Source of the DNA: an uncultured Actinomycetes bacterium
GTDB taxonomy: Bacteria > Actinomycetota > Actinomycetes > S36-B12
Reading direction: 5' to 3'
DNA length: 64,000 nt
NCBI GenBank assembly: GCA_903832025.1
Contig: CAIKZY010000058.1
Location: 3,527 to 67,526 of the forward strand
This document shows, piece by piece, positions 9,831-19,631 of the stretch. Position numbers and translations under genes: made by a program. A model generated the notes under the pieces. The model did no database searches, had not been told where the DNA came from, and was given only the letters and a program-made list of their open reading frames with translations. Within the stretch, counting starts at the first letter, position 1. Each line of letters opens with the position of its first letter.

Positions 9831-11855
9831 CTACGAGGTGGCCGGTGAAGTACCAGAGGTCGTACTGGTCACTGCGGTGGGAGCATTGGCGGCCGTCGCG
9901 CTGTCCGCCGGGTAGCGCTCAAGCAGGTACCGAATGGTGTCCAGGCCGATCACGTTGCTTCCATCGTCAAGCAAGATCATCTGCTTGTCCTTGACCGAAT
10001 CCGGAAGGCCCTGCAGATAGCCGTATACATCAGACCAGGCACCCTTGTTCCCGAGCCACTCTCGGCGCAACCAATCCACCACTGGTTGAGCCTGGGCATC
10101 CTGGCCGGACAGACCGGACAGGATACGTGTGCACGCATATACCCGTTGCGCATCTGATAACTGGCTCACCAGCAGCGCCGACGGTACCTTGGCCTCCTGC
10201 GGGAGGTACACACAACCGATCGGATTGCCGGCGATCGACTGGCTGCCTGTCCCATTGACTTCTGCAGGCCACCAGTAACTCTGCGGATTGTTGAACGGGA
10301 TCGACGGACTCCACTGCTGAGGTCGAGCTGCACTCACCGCACGCGGCAGAAAGCTATCGATAGTCATCAGGTAAATGACCGCCACGATGGCGATCCAGCG
10401 AACGGCGCTCATGCGACCGTCCGCTGCGACCGAGAGATTCATCAGAGCGAACGGTGTGCAACTGGCGAACGCGACAATACTGACCATGAACGTGAACTTC
10501 ATGGATCCGTAATGCGGGCCACCGCCAGTCGACCAGAAGTCCAGGAAATAGATCAGTAGAGCGAAGCAGGCCAGCAAGGCAATCGGTGCAAAGCGCTTGT
10601 ACATCGACCATCTCGTGGCGATCGACTGCCTGGACAGATACACCGCGGCGGCAATCACGGCAACCGCAGCAAGCATCGCCAGAAGCGGTTCGGTCTGCTC
10701 AGTTCCGCCATTGCTACTGAACAGTCCCGAGTTGTCCAACCCCATCGAAATCAATTGCCGAATCGGCGTTGACGCGGCAATTGCACCGCCCACCCCGGAT
10801 CGACCGGCTGCAGTAGGAGCCGGGCTCATCAAGTACGCCAATGAACTGCGAACTGGCTCCCAAACGCAAATGGCGAACAGGAGCCAAGCCAGCATGCCTG
10901 GGATGTCCATGTGAGATCGACCGAAGCGAACCGGGCGGGAAACCAGAACCACCAGTGAAATCGCCAGAATCACCACTGCGAGCACGTTCAACGGCAACCA
11001 GACCGTCATGGCACCGGCGACGATCAGGCTAGTCATCAGGCGCGCACGGCGAATCGGGATCTGCGTTAGGAAGGTCACGGCCCACAGGCTGCACACCAGC
11101 AACGTGAATTGCAGGGTCATGTGACCGTATTCAGTTACCAGGAGCACGGTTGCTGCCAGAATCACCGTTGATAGCCATATGAATGGGGCGGGGATCCTGG
11201 CTTTAAAGCGGCCCGACTGCGCGCGAACTCGGGCTTCGGCCAACGGTGCCAGGAACAAAGGTGAAATAACGACGAAGAAGTACTCACCGAATACCACCGA
11301 GTTCGCAGCGACGGCGACCTGGTTGTAGCCGTGCCAGAAGAACTGGGACACAGCTCCCATGGCTGTCCCGATGAACGTCAGATACAACTCAAGCGGCCCG
11401 CCCATGGTGACCGCCTGGTGAATGGGGACACCGGAAGCGTACTGAGAGGTGAAGTCAAGCCACTTGGCATTGTCCTCTGCTGACTCGTGCCCGACCAGAT
11501 AGGCAACGGGGTGCAGGTATGCCGGTTGCGGCACCCACACGACGGTGATCAGGTATAGCGCAATCAACAAGATGAGGATCGGGAGCACGGTTGTGAGCAG
11601 TTGGCGCCGGAAGGAGGCAAGTCCGGCTTGGCCCCGCTTGAGCGCGAAACCAAGGACTGCCAGGAGTGCAATCAACAGGACCACTTGCAGCTGCGGCCGT
11701 GTCCATCCATGGCCGAGATCGTCTCCGAGTGAGACCAGGACCCCGAACGCAGAAATGGAGAAGGCAAGCGCGATGGCCATCCAGGCCATGCTTCGTACCC
11801 GCACGTAGGACATGACGACGATCGCTACATACGCAATCAGATAGGCGATGTCCAC
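9831..11855 (-). CDS. Large polytopic membrane protein, GT-C-like candidate
   Basis: 674 aa with at least 14 hydrophobic helices. Acidic loop HESAEDNAKWLDFTSQYASG after the first helices. About 170-aa C-terminal soluble region ending in an S/T/A/P-rich tail (ATAANAPTAVTSTTSGTSPATS). Confidence 0.6.
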   Translation of the reverse strand: MDIAYLIAYVAIVVMSYVRVRSMAWMAIALAFSISAFGVLVSLGDDLGHGWTRPQLQVVLLIALLAVLGFALKRGQAGLASFRRQLLTTVLPILILLIALYLITVVWVPQPAYLHPVAYLVGHESAEDNAKWLDFTSQYASGVPIHQAVTMGGPLELYLTFIGTAMGAVSQFFWHGYNQVAVAANSVVFGEYFFVVISPLFLAPLAEARVRAQSGRFKARIPAPFIWLSTVILAATVLLVTEYGHMTLQFTLLVCSLWAVTFLTQIPIRRARLMTSLIVAGAMTVWLPLNVLAVVILAISLVVLVSRPVRFGRSHMDIPGMLAWLLFAICVWEPVRSSLAYLMSPAPTAAGRSGVGGAIAASTPIRQLISMGLDNSGLFSSNGGTEQTEPLLAMLAAVAVIAAAVYLSRQSIATRWSMYKRFAPIALLACFALLIYFLDFWSTGGGPHYGSMKFTFMVSIVAFASCTPFALMNLSVAADGRMSAVRWIAIVAVIYLMTIDSFLPRAVSAARPQQWSPSIPFNNPQSYWWPAEVNGTGSQSIAGNPIGCVYLPQEAKVPSALLVSQLSDAQRVYACTRILSGLSGQDAQAQPVVDWLRREWLGNKGAWSDVYGYLQGLPDSVKDKQMILLDDGSNVIGLDTIRYLLERYPADSATAANAPTAVTSTTSGTSPATS

Positions 11856-11945
11856 TCGCGACCTCTCGATGTGTCCCTACCAGCGCAGGGTGTCTTACAT
11901 TTTAGGTGAGCCGAACTGCCAGGGACACCGCCGCCTGTTCATTAT

Positions 11946-12815
11946 CTAGTCGATCTCGTGGCCCATGCCTGCCATCAGCCACTGCTGCATCGCAAGCTGG
12001 ACCTCCGCCAGGCTGAGTGTCGCTTTCCATCCCGCCGCGACCAGGGCGCCTGGCGGGGCCAATTGGAAGGGATCGGTGTCAGCGCCAAAACTCATGGTGG
12101 GCCGTGCCTTGCCGATCATTTCGACCGCGCCGGCTGCCGCTTCCGCAAGCTCACGAAGCGTCATCGGACAACCCGGGTTGGTCGATACGGTCCTGCCGGT
12201 CCAGCCCTGACGACAAATGGTCAATGCAGCTTGCGCTGCGTCCAGGGCAGATACGAACTCTTTGGTCGCGCTCGGTCCGGACCGCACCTGTATCGACGAG
12301 CAAGCCACGGCCTCGGTGAGCAGGGACCACGGCAGCAGTTGCACCTGTGGCGACTCAGCATGGAGCGGGGTCGTGAAGAAATTGGCGATCCGGAGCACTG
12401 AGCCCTGACCGTGAGTTTGGCGAAGCCATGCTTCCTCGTTCTCAGCGTTTGCTCTGGCGTACTCAGTGGTGGGTCGGGGGGGCGAGTCTTCACTTGCCTG
12501 TCCCTCATAACCCTCGAGAACTCTGGTGGTGGAAATTAGAACTGCAGGAACACCAGCTTCGCTGACGTGCCCGGCCAGTGCTTGTGTTGCCTCCCGACCA
12601 CTGCGCACGCTGGCACGTCGATCCCCTCTGCCTGAGGCATTGATCAGCAGATCAACTTCACCCCTACCGATCACCTGCTCGGCGAGCGCGAAGTCGATGC
12701 AGTGCCCGTCAGGTGAGACTGGCTGTGCTGAACTGACGGAAATTGTCGTGTGTCCCAGGGACTCAAAGGACGCGCATAGCGCTGATCCCACCTCGCCACG
12801 TGCTCCCACAATCAT
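11946..12815 (-). CDS. Atypical SDR-fold NAD(P)-binding protein (YxxxN instead of YxxxK)
   Basis: MIVGARGEVGSAL Rossmann motif. At the position of the SDR catalytic motif the sequence is TTEYARANAENE (Y-A-R-A-N). ATG 12815 is preceded by AAGGTG 6 nt upstream; GTG 12824 is the alternative start. Confidence 0.6.
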   Translation of the reverse strand: MIVGARGEVGSALCASFESLGHTTISVSSAQPVSPDGHCIDFALAEQVIGRGEVDLLINASGRGDRRASVRSGREATQALAGHVSEAGVPAVLISTTRVLEGYEGQASEDSPPRPTTEYARANAENEEAWLRQTHGQGSVLRIANFFTTPLHAESPQVQLLPWSLLTEAVACSSIQVRSGPSATKEFVSALDAAQAALTICRQGWTGRTVSTNPGCPMTLRELAEAAAGAVEMIGKARPTMSFGADTDPFQLAPPGALVAAGWKATLSLAEVQLAMQQWLMAGMGHEID

Positions 12816-12838
12816 GACCTGCACCTTGATACCTTCTC

Positions 12839-13765
12839 ATGGTGAGCGGACCGTTACAGCCGATCCTGGTACTGCCGGTGTATCGGGGTGGCGCAAAATT
12901 CGAGCGGGCCCTTCGATCGATTCGAAACGCCGAGCAGCACTTCAGTCGAATCCTGATAAGCCTGAACAGCGAGCGGGATTCCCCAGACTCGCAGGCAGTC
13001 CAGGCCTATCTCTCCCACGCAGATTCCAAGATCGAGTTCATCCAATCTGGAACCGAACTTCCCTGGATGTCACACCAGTACTTCTGGCTCGAGCATCTCG
13101 AACGCACCGGAGCCACCGGCGACCAGTGGGTGTACTGGTTCGCCCATGATGACGAGGTCAAGGCAAGTGGGATCACGGCCATCACTGATGCTGACGGCAA
13201 TTGGCCCCTGCAGCCCGGCACGATCTACCTAGGTCCGTGGGCCATGCGCCCGGACGAGCCGGATCGCATGTATGACGGTCCGACCGACATCGCACTGGAG
13301 TCTTGGACGAGTTTTCCGATACAAGGTCCGCTCGAGCTCCCTGTTGCCGAGTGGATTGCTGAGCAATTCATCCAGCCGACGTACATCAACATGAGTGGAT
13401 GCATCACCCAGTTGCGAAGCTTCCAACAACTCCGTGACTTTCGCAGACAAAAGCCCGGCGGCATGCGAATCGAGATGGCAACCGCCGCAGCGCGATTCAA
13501 TCTGAACGTCGCTGAATTTCCTGAGCCGGTTGTGATCACGTACAGTTGCGCAGCCTCCGACCGCACGAAATACGCAAAGGTGGCGCGGCAAGACGATCGC
13601 CACCTGGTCTTCTGGCTGCTTCGTTATGTCGCTGCTCACCCTCGTGCTGCATTGCCCCTGGCGCGCGCTTGCGCCATCGTGCTCAATTACCATCTGCGGT
13701 ACCGGCTCACCGGAACCGGACTGCAGAGTGAGGACTGGCGATACCGAACGACGGTCAATCCCTAG
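12839..13765 (+). CDS. GT-A-like glycosyltransferase (GT2-like)
   Basis: ILVLPVYRGGAKFERALRSIRNAEQHFSRILISLN resembles a GT2 N-terminus, and WFAHDDE is a DxD-like motif. Family assignment is tentative. Confidence 0.5.
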   Translation: MVSGPLQPILVLPVYRGGAKFERALRSIRNAEQHFSRILISLNSERDSPDSQAVQAYLSHADSKIEFIQSGTELPWMSHQYFWLEHLERTGATGDQWVYWFAHDDEVKASGITAITDADGNWPLQPGTIYLGPWAMRPDEPDRMYDGPTDIALESWTSFPIQGPLELPVAEWIAEQFIQPTYINMSGCITQLRSFQQLRDFRRQKPGGMRIEMATAAARFNLNVAEFPEPVVITYSCAASDRTKYAKVARQDDRHLVFWLLRYVAAHPRAALPLARACAIVLNYHLRYRLTGTGLQSEDWRYRTTVNP

Positions 13766-13827
13766 GACTTCCGTTCACCCGTCCTCGACGGTCGCGTCTT
13801 CGGATTCTTGAGACTTTGGGAGCCGCA

Positions 13828-14601
13828 TTAGACTGATTTCGCGGCCAACAGTGCCTGAGCAATCACATCAGGGTCTACCGCGGAATGATCCGACTCCTGC
13901 GGAATGACGACGTACCTTTGCCCGCATGCTGTGGCGAGATCCTGGAAAATGCGCACAGTATTGCTCTGGCGCGGAGGCTGGATTTCAATGACTAAGCCTC
14001 CACGAGGCATCCAGATGAGGTTGGCCAATCCCGCGCCATGCTGACCGATGAGCGTTCGCGTGCCCGAAAATTGAAGTACTTGCTCTCTCGGTGAAAGTGC
14101 TGAGGCGTCGAGCATGGCCACATTGCCAGCAGAACCCAGTCTCTCGCGCACCTGGTGCAGGTTCGGTATCGATCTGCGCTCGGCACCGGACTGGCGTGCC
14201 TCAGATGCTGCTGAGTTGTAGTACGGATCAGCATAGGTGCGATCCAGGATCATGGTTGTGGTCGCCAATGCCTGACTCGACGGAACTTCCACGAGCTCTC
14301 GATACAGGTGAGTAAAGCGCTCCAAATCACGGGTCAGGAAGGTTCGAGGATCATCCATGGGGCGAAGGACGACACTGCGCTTGTGCTTTCCGGCAAAGTC
14401 ACGCAGTACCGAGCCTGTCGACATCATTTCCAGGTTGACGAACTGACGGATCGGCTCAAACCATCGGTTCATGGGGCTGCAATCACGAACTCCAACACTG
14501 CTGATTGTTCCCTTGTCCACGAGCAGTGTGAGCGGCATCAGGTATCCGAGCAGGAAGTGGTAAAAATGCTGAACCGACCCATCCCACTGGTTGGGAATCA
14601 T
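13828..14601 (-). CDS. Glycosyltransferase family 61-like (DUF563)
   Basis: HFYHFLLGYLMPL near the N-terminus and GQHGAGLANLIWMPRGGLVIEIQP near the C-terminus. ATG 14601 lies 46 nt downstream of the upstream stop. The listed longer ORF to 14892 overlaps the RmlC-like gene in another frame. Confidence 0.65.
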   Translation of the reverse strand: MIPNQWDGSVQHFYHFLLGYLMPLTLLVDKGTISSVGVRDCSPMNRWFEPIRQFVNLEMMSTGSVLRDFAGKHKRSVVLRPMDDPRTFLTRDLERFTHLYRELVEVPSSQALATTTMILDRTYADPYYNSAASEARQSGAERRSIPNLHQVRERLGSAGNVAMLDASALSPREQVLQFSGTRTLIGQHGAGLANLIWMPRGGLVIEIQPPRQSNTVRIFQDLATACGQRYVVIPQESDHSAVDPDVIAQALLAAKSV

Positions 14602-14647
14602 CAGGACTGGGGATTCAGACTTTTTTCGCCACGGGATGTGCACCGCT

Positions 14648-15205
14648 TCAGCCCGACACGGCGTCAAAGGTGAACGGCGATCGGAACTCGTCCAGCGTCG
14701 GGAACTCCAGGTCCCGCGGCATGATGATGGGATTGGACGATCGCGGCACAATGCCAGCCGACGCGCACAGGATGCCGGCATAGGTATCCGCACTAGAGAA
14801 CGGAACGTCCTGCGCGTAACACACGATGGTGTCATCGGTGAGCGCCTCGTAGGCATGGGCACACCCAACGGGAACCAACAGCCCGCCGACACGTGGATTG
14901 AGCTCTATCTCGAAGACTGTTCGCTCAGTCGGGCTTCCTACTCGAAGGTCGACGACGAAATCTCGGATCGCTCCGTTGGCGACGTAAACCAGTTTGCGAG
15001 TGGACTGCGGAGGCAACTGGAAGTGCAGCCCTCGCATCACACCAGCAGTCGATCGAGTCCAGTACAGCTCACGTCCGATGAATCCATCGATGGCCTCGTC
15101 ATCGCCGGAAAGCACCTTCGTAAACGACCCTCGCTCATCGACGACAGCAGCCCCCTCAGAGAGCAGCAATCCCGGTACCGACAGTTCAGTCCATGTTACC
15201 TTCAC
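14648..15205 (-). CDS. NDP-4-keto-6-deoxyhexose 3,5-epimerase-like cupin (RmlC family)
   Basis: VDERGSFTKV, RGLHFQLPPQSTRKLVYVANGAIRDFVVDLR and VPVGCAHAY. GTG 15205 lies 4 nt after the rfbF stop and gives 185 aa, typical of this family. Confidence 0.8.
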   Translation of the reverse strand: MKVTWTELSVPGLLLSEGAAVVDERGSFTKVLSGDDEAIDGFIGRELYWTRSTAGVMRGLHFQLPPQSTRKLVYVANGAIRDFVVDLRVGSPTERTVFEIELNPRVGGLLVPVGCAHAYEALTDDTIVCYAQDVPFSSADTYAGILCASAGIVPRSSNPIIMPRDLEFPTLDEFRSPFTFDAVSG

Positions 15206-15209
15206 TGCT

Positions 15210-15968
15210 TCACCAGGTCTTCCACGGAGCGTGGCCGGAGTCCCACAGCTCGCTGAGCATGAGGTACTCGCGATAGGTGTCCATTGGCTGCCAGAAGCCT
15301 TCGTGGCGGAACGCATTGAGCTGTCCACTTGCCGCGAGCTGGGTGAGGCAGTCCTCCTCGAGGCCACCGTTTTCGTCCAGCACGTCCAGTACATCCGGTT
15401 CGAAGATGAAGTACCCGATGCTGACCCAGTCCTTCATCTTCGGCTTTTCCCGAAAATGAGTGACCCGACCTGAAGCATCGATGTCCATGAGTCCGAAGCG
15501 ACTTGTCGGCTGCACTGCGGTCAGCGTGGCGTGCGCTCCGTGCCCCTGATGAAAGCGAAGAAGTTCTGTCACGTTCACGTCAGCCAAGCCATCGCCGTAT
15601 GTCACGAAGAAGGGCTTTCCTGCAAGATACGGAGCGCATCGAGCCACGCGGCCTCCGGTTCCGGTGGTGTCGCCGGTGAAGGCCAATGTCACCTGCCAGG
15701 GCTGGCCGCCGCTGCGTTGATACCGAGGAGCTTCACCTTCGGCATTCTCGATCCGCTGCCATTGGACATGGTCGTCAAAGTAAGCGTCAATCACTTCACG
15801 CTTATACCCGGTGGCAATCACAAATTCGGTAATCCCGTGCTGAGCTAGGTTCGACATGATGTGCCAAACAATCGGTTGACCGCCGATCTGCACCATTGGC
15901 TTGGGACGAAAGTCGGTTTCCTCGCGCATACGAGTGCCCAGTCCGCCAGCAAGCAAGACCGCCCTCAC
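15210..15968 (-). CDS. rfbF: Glucose-1-phosphate cytidylyltransferase
   Basis: VRAVLLAGGLGTRMREETDFRPKPMVQIGGQPIVWHIM...GFWQPMDTYRE. GTG 15968 gives 252 aa. The listed 380-aa ORF is an N-terminal extension overlapping rfbG. Confidence 0.85.
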   Translation of the reverse strand: MRAVLLAGGLGTRMREETDFRPKPMVQIGGQPIVWHIMSNLAQHGITEFVIATGYKREVIDAYFDDHVQWQRIENAEGEAPRYQRSGGQPWQVTLAFTGDTTGTGGRVARCAPYLAGKPFFVTYGDGLADVNVTELLRFHQGHGAHATLTAVQPTSRFGLMDIDASGRVTHFREKPKMKDWVSIGYFIFEPDVLDVLDENGGLEEDCLTQLAASGQLNAFRHEGFWQPMDTYREYLMLSELWDSGHAPWKTW

Positions 15969-16017
15969 GCCAGCAAGACTACTGAAGGGTGCTGATCCTG
16001 CCGGCGTCAACCACTTC

Positions 16018-17037
16018 CTAGGCGGGGAGTTCCATGAAATGCTGCAGTTGATCGACCATGACCGACTCAGGATGCTCACCACGGCGAACGCGCTTGTCCC
16101 ACGCCACCGTGAGCTCGACCGCCTGCTCGAATGTGAGCCTGTCCTTCCAGCCCAGTTCCGTGCGCGCGCGTGATGAGTCAAGGACCAACAGGCTCGCCTC
16201 ATGCAAGTCGCTTTGGCTACCGGTCGTCCATGTCGCTTCCGGACTCCAGTGCCTGGCTGCGGTGTCGGCGAGTTCGGCGACGGTGCGGACTGCATCGGCA
16301 TCAGGACCAAAGTTCCATTCGCCTCGACCAGAGCCCTCGACGAGGGCGTCAACCAGCGTCACATAGCCCTGGAGGCAATCCAGGACATGCTGCCATGGCC
16401 GAACTGCTGAAGGCATCCGGACAATCGCAGATTTTCCATCAGCGAAAGCATTGAGCAGATCGGGCATGATTCTGTCGCGAGATGTGTCCCCACCACCAAT
16501 GACGTTTCCGGCTCGGGCGACGGCAGTGGGCGTGCTCGGGAACGAGGACACCCAGGATTGGACGAGCAAGTCCGCCATGGCTTTTGACGCTGAGTACGGA
16601 TCGTGACCGCCCAGGCAATCGCTTTCCCGATAGCCGAAGGACTGGCCGACATTGCGATATACCTTGTCGGTAGTGACCGCAACCAGCGCCGATACCGAGG
16701 GAACGGCAGACACCGCCTCGAGGACAGACAGTGTTCCCATGACGTTGGTCTGCACAGTCCATCTCGGGCGGACGTAGGAATCTCGAACGAGCGCTTGTGC
16801 TGCTAGATGAATGACAACATCTGGCTGAGCCTGGTCGATGCGTTGGCGGACCAGATCGGGATCGCTGATATCTCCCCGAGCATCCATCGTGAAGCGACGG
16901 CCCAGACCCGCGCGCTCAAACAGGCCATCGGAATCCGGATCCAGCGCGAGTCCGAATACCTGATGTCCGCACTCGCTGAGCATCACACTGAGCCAAGACC
17001 CCTTGAAGCCCGTATGCCCGGTTATGAAGAACTTCAC
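16018..17037 (-). CDS. rfbG: CDP-glucose 4,6-dehydratase
   Basis: MKFFITGHTGFKGSWLSVML, TTDKVY and DPYSASKAMADL (YxxxK). Gene order with rfbF is as in CDP-sugar operons. Confidence 0.85.
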   Translation of the reverse strand: MKFFITGHTGFKGSWLSVMLSECGHQVFGLALDPDSDGLFERAGLGRRFTMDARGDISDPDLVRQRIDQAQPDVVIHLAAQALVRDSYVRPRWTVQTNVMGTLSVLEAVSAVPSVSALVAVTTDKVYRNVGQSFGYRESDCLGGHDPYSASKAMADLLVQSWVSSFPSTPTAVARAGNVIGGGDTSRDRIMPDLLNAFADGKSAIVRMPSAVRPWQHVLDCLQGYVTLVDALVEGSGRGEWNFGPDADAVRTVAELADTAARHWSPEATWTTGSQSDLHEASLLVLDSSRARTELGWKDRLTFEQAVELTVAWDKRVRRGEHPESVMVDQLQHFMELPA

Positions 17038-17173
17038 TTAGGAAGTCTATCCATCAGCTGGCTGCCTCAGCCGGAGTTGTTCACACCGCTGCAGGCCTCC
17101 GGGTGCACGCTTTTGACCGTTTACGTCCACGCCCGACGGAAGCTCGGACAGGATGGGCCGCCTTGAAGGATGG

Positions 17174-19456
17174 TCAATGACCGAGGCCACAACTGGATGG
17201 ATTCAGGCGCAGGATGATGGCTGATGCGTTGCGATACACGATTGTTGCTTGTGGCTCCCATTGACGTATCGGCGTTTGCGTTGGGTCAACCCACACCCAT
17301 GACACTGACGATGCGCATAGTGGCTGGACTGTCTGGGCAGAGGGCATCCGCAGGAATTGCCAGATCTGATCATCATGGACAAGCAACTGCGGTGCGGTAC
17401 TCGGACGACCATAGGGTGCCTGGTACTGGATCCCGGAAACGAACGACTGGAGCCCGGTGACAGCAGGAATCAGCGGACCAAAGGTGAGATTCGTTGCCAG
17501 GACATCAGACTGGCCGGCATGCGCCCGCAGCCAGTTTCCCGCTTCGATCACGTCCCAAGGAATATTTCCGATCAGTACCGTGTCGTGGCCGCGCACGATC
17601 GGCGCTATTCCCATGCTGAACGTGTCGGGACGCAGTCCCGGCGGGCGGCCGATCATTCCTGTGCCAACGCCAAGGAGTCGTCCCGGCACGGCAACAAGGA
17701 CAAGCACCACCGTGCATCCGGCAAGGATGGCTAACCGTCTTGGTGGTGCGGCAGCGGTCCTCGGATCAGCGACCGATCCCCCGCCTTCGGCAAATCTGGA
17801 TACCAGCCCACCGGCAAGCAGGCCGAGCACGAGGGCAAGGATTGGGCCTGTCCAGCGCCAGGTGCTCTGCCAGACACTGCCGCCAGCTGGACCGGTTTGC
17901 CAGACGACCCAAACCGCGCCATAGATGCACACCGCGAGCGCCAGAGACACCCAGATCACCGATGCCGAACTGCGCCGGTGCAGCCTCGTCAGCGCATCTA
18001 GGGCGGATTCGAACCCCTCCGTGGAAATAACGGCCAATGGGGCGCTGGCTGCTGAGGCGAACCAGATTTCGTTGAATCCGGTGAACGCAATCAACAGCAG
18101 CAGGCTGGACAGGGCGAGCCCGACGGCAAACAGCCATTCCGGACTCCGGCGATGCTGACGCTGTGTCGCGAGCCACACCACACCAGACCAACGCAACGCC
18201 ACAGCCAGCGCCAACAGGCCAGTCCCTAAGGCAATCCCCAGTGATCCCTCAATTGGGTTCATTCCCTGCTGGCTGGAACTGCGGTCGATCAGCGAACCTA
18301 GAGAAAGTCCGCCGCCGCCATTTGCCCCGGACAGAATCAGGACATAGGCCAACGCACCACCGAGCCAAAGCGCGGCAGTGGCCATCGCCGCCCGACGCGT
18401 CCACGCCGCCCGCATGAGGCACCCTGCACCTGTCATGACACCGGCTCCGACCAGTGCCGGAATTGCCGCGCTGATCTTTCCTCCGGTCGTCGCAAAGCCA
18501 AGCATGGCGATGAGTCCAACCCACGCCATTGCCGTCACGCGAGATTGGACTGCCCGCCCTTGAACGAAGGTCAAGATCGCGATCGCAGTGGCCAGGAGCC
18601 ACACCACGCCCATGGACTGCGATGGTGAGTCAAAGTTCAGGATTCCACCGTAGGTGGCCCCGACATAGCCACCAGTCAGTAGCAGTAACACCGCCAAGGT
18701 CGGAGCCAGCACATGGCGTGTCACTCGGCGGGTCCAGGAAATCACCAGCAGCGAGCTGGCCATGACGACCACGAGCTGAAAGCCTCGGGTGAGCATGACG
18801 AATTCCTGGGCACTGGAAGCAGCAGAGACCTGACCGGACCACGCATAGGACAGCCAGTGGTATCGGATTTGTGCACCCGGCATGAAGATGCTGTGCAGTG
18901 GACCGAACTTTGCCAGCGACGTCGACAGTGCCTCGAAGAACGGCATGTCAGGGTGATACAGGCTCCAGCTTCCCTGCCAGCTCAATGGATAGTGGCTGAT
19001 ATTCGCGACGAGGGATGCGCCACCTGCAATGACTGCGACTATCGCCGCGATGATCGATGCCCGGTCCGGTGCGACAACGCGCGAGGCATTGCTGCCATTG
19101 CGTAGTCGTCGCCCGATGGCCAGTATCACCAAAAGTGCGGTCGGAACCCACCAACCCCAGTTCTGATTCAGGATGACCTTGACTGCCAATCCGGCTATGA
19201 CCGACAGTGACGTGCCTACGGCAAGGGCCATGCCGCCCAGTTCGAACACCTGACACCCCGGACGCACAAATCGCCAGGCGATGGCACCACCAATGGCCTG
19301 GACGATCACCACCGCCACGATGGCAAGGCTTGTACGAGCATCGACGCCGACGCAGGCCAGGAATCCCACTGAGGCCGCGGCGAGTACCACCGTGAATATC
19401 AGGAGCGTGAGCGCTGAGCTCGTGCCCCGTGAGCGGTGCCACGCCAGAACATTCAT
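17174..19456 (-). CDS. 760-aa polytopic membrane protein, GT-C-like; paralog of 30650..32908 and 2..1657
   Basis: At least 14 hydrophobic helices. Loop motif YHPDMPFFEALSTSLAKFGPLHSIFMPGAQIRYHW. C-terminal soluble domain ending SVSWVWVD...IVYRNASAIILRLNP. Confidence 0.65.
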   Translation of the reverse strand: MNVLAWHRSRGTSSALTLLIFTVVLAAASVGFLACVGVDARTSLAIVAVVIVQAIGGAIAWRFVRPGCQVFELGGMALAVGTSLSVIAGLAVKVILNQNWGWWVPTALLVILAIGRRLRNGSNASRVVAPDRASIIAAIVAVIAGGASLVANISHYPLSWQGSWSLYHPDMPFFEALSTSLAKFGPLHSIFMPGAQIRYHWLSYAWSGQVSAASSAQEFVMLTRGFQLVVVMASSLLVISWTRRVTRHVLAPTLAVLLLLTGGYVGATYGGILNFDSPSQSMGVVWLLATAIAILTFVQGRAVQSRVTAMAWVGLIAMLGFATTGGKISAAIPALVGAGVMTGAGCLMRAAWTRRAAMATAALWLGGALAYVLILSGANGGGGLSLGSLIDRSSSQQGMNPIEGSLGIALGTGLLALAVALRWSGVVWLATQRQHRRSPEWLFAVGLALSSLLLLIAFTGFNEIWFASAASAPLAVISTEGFESALDALTRLHRRSSASVIWVSLALAVCIYGAVWVVWQTGPAGGSVWQSTWRWTGPILALVLGLLAGGLVSRFAEGGGSVADPRTAAAPPRRLAILAGCTVVLVLVAVPGRLLGVGTGMIGRPPGLRPDTFSMGIAPIVRGHDTVLIGNIPWDVIEAGNWLRAHAGQSDVLATNLTFGPLIPAVTGLQSFVSGIQYQAPYGRPSTAPQLLVHDDQIWQFLRMPSAQTVQPLCASSVSWVWVDPTQTPIRQWEPQATIVYRNASAIILRLNPSSCGLGH

Positions 19457-19631
19457 TATTCAACGATCATAGAGTGCTGAGCATGGATGCCGATGGCTCA
19501 GCAGGCCGCGGCACGCAGGCACCATGGCCACGCAAACCGCGTGTATTCACACGGGCATAGGCCTATGGATCTGTACTGCCGGCGGGCCGAAATCTGACAT
19601 CGCCCGATCATTCGGATGCTGCACCTCGACG

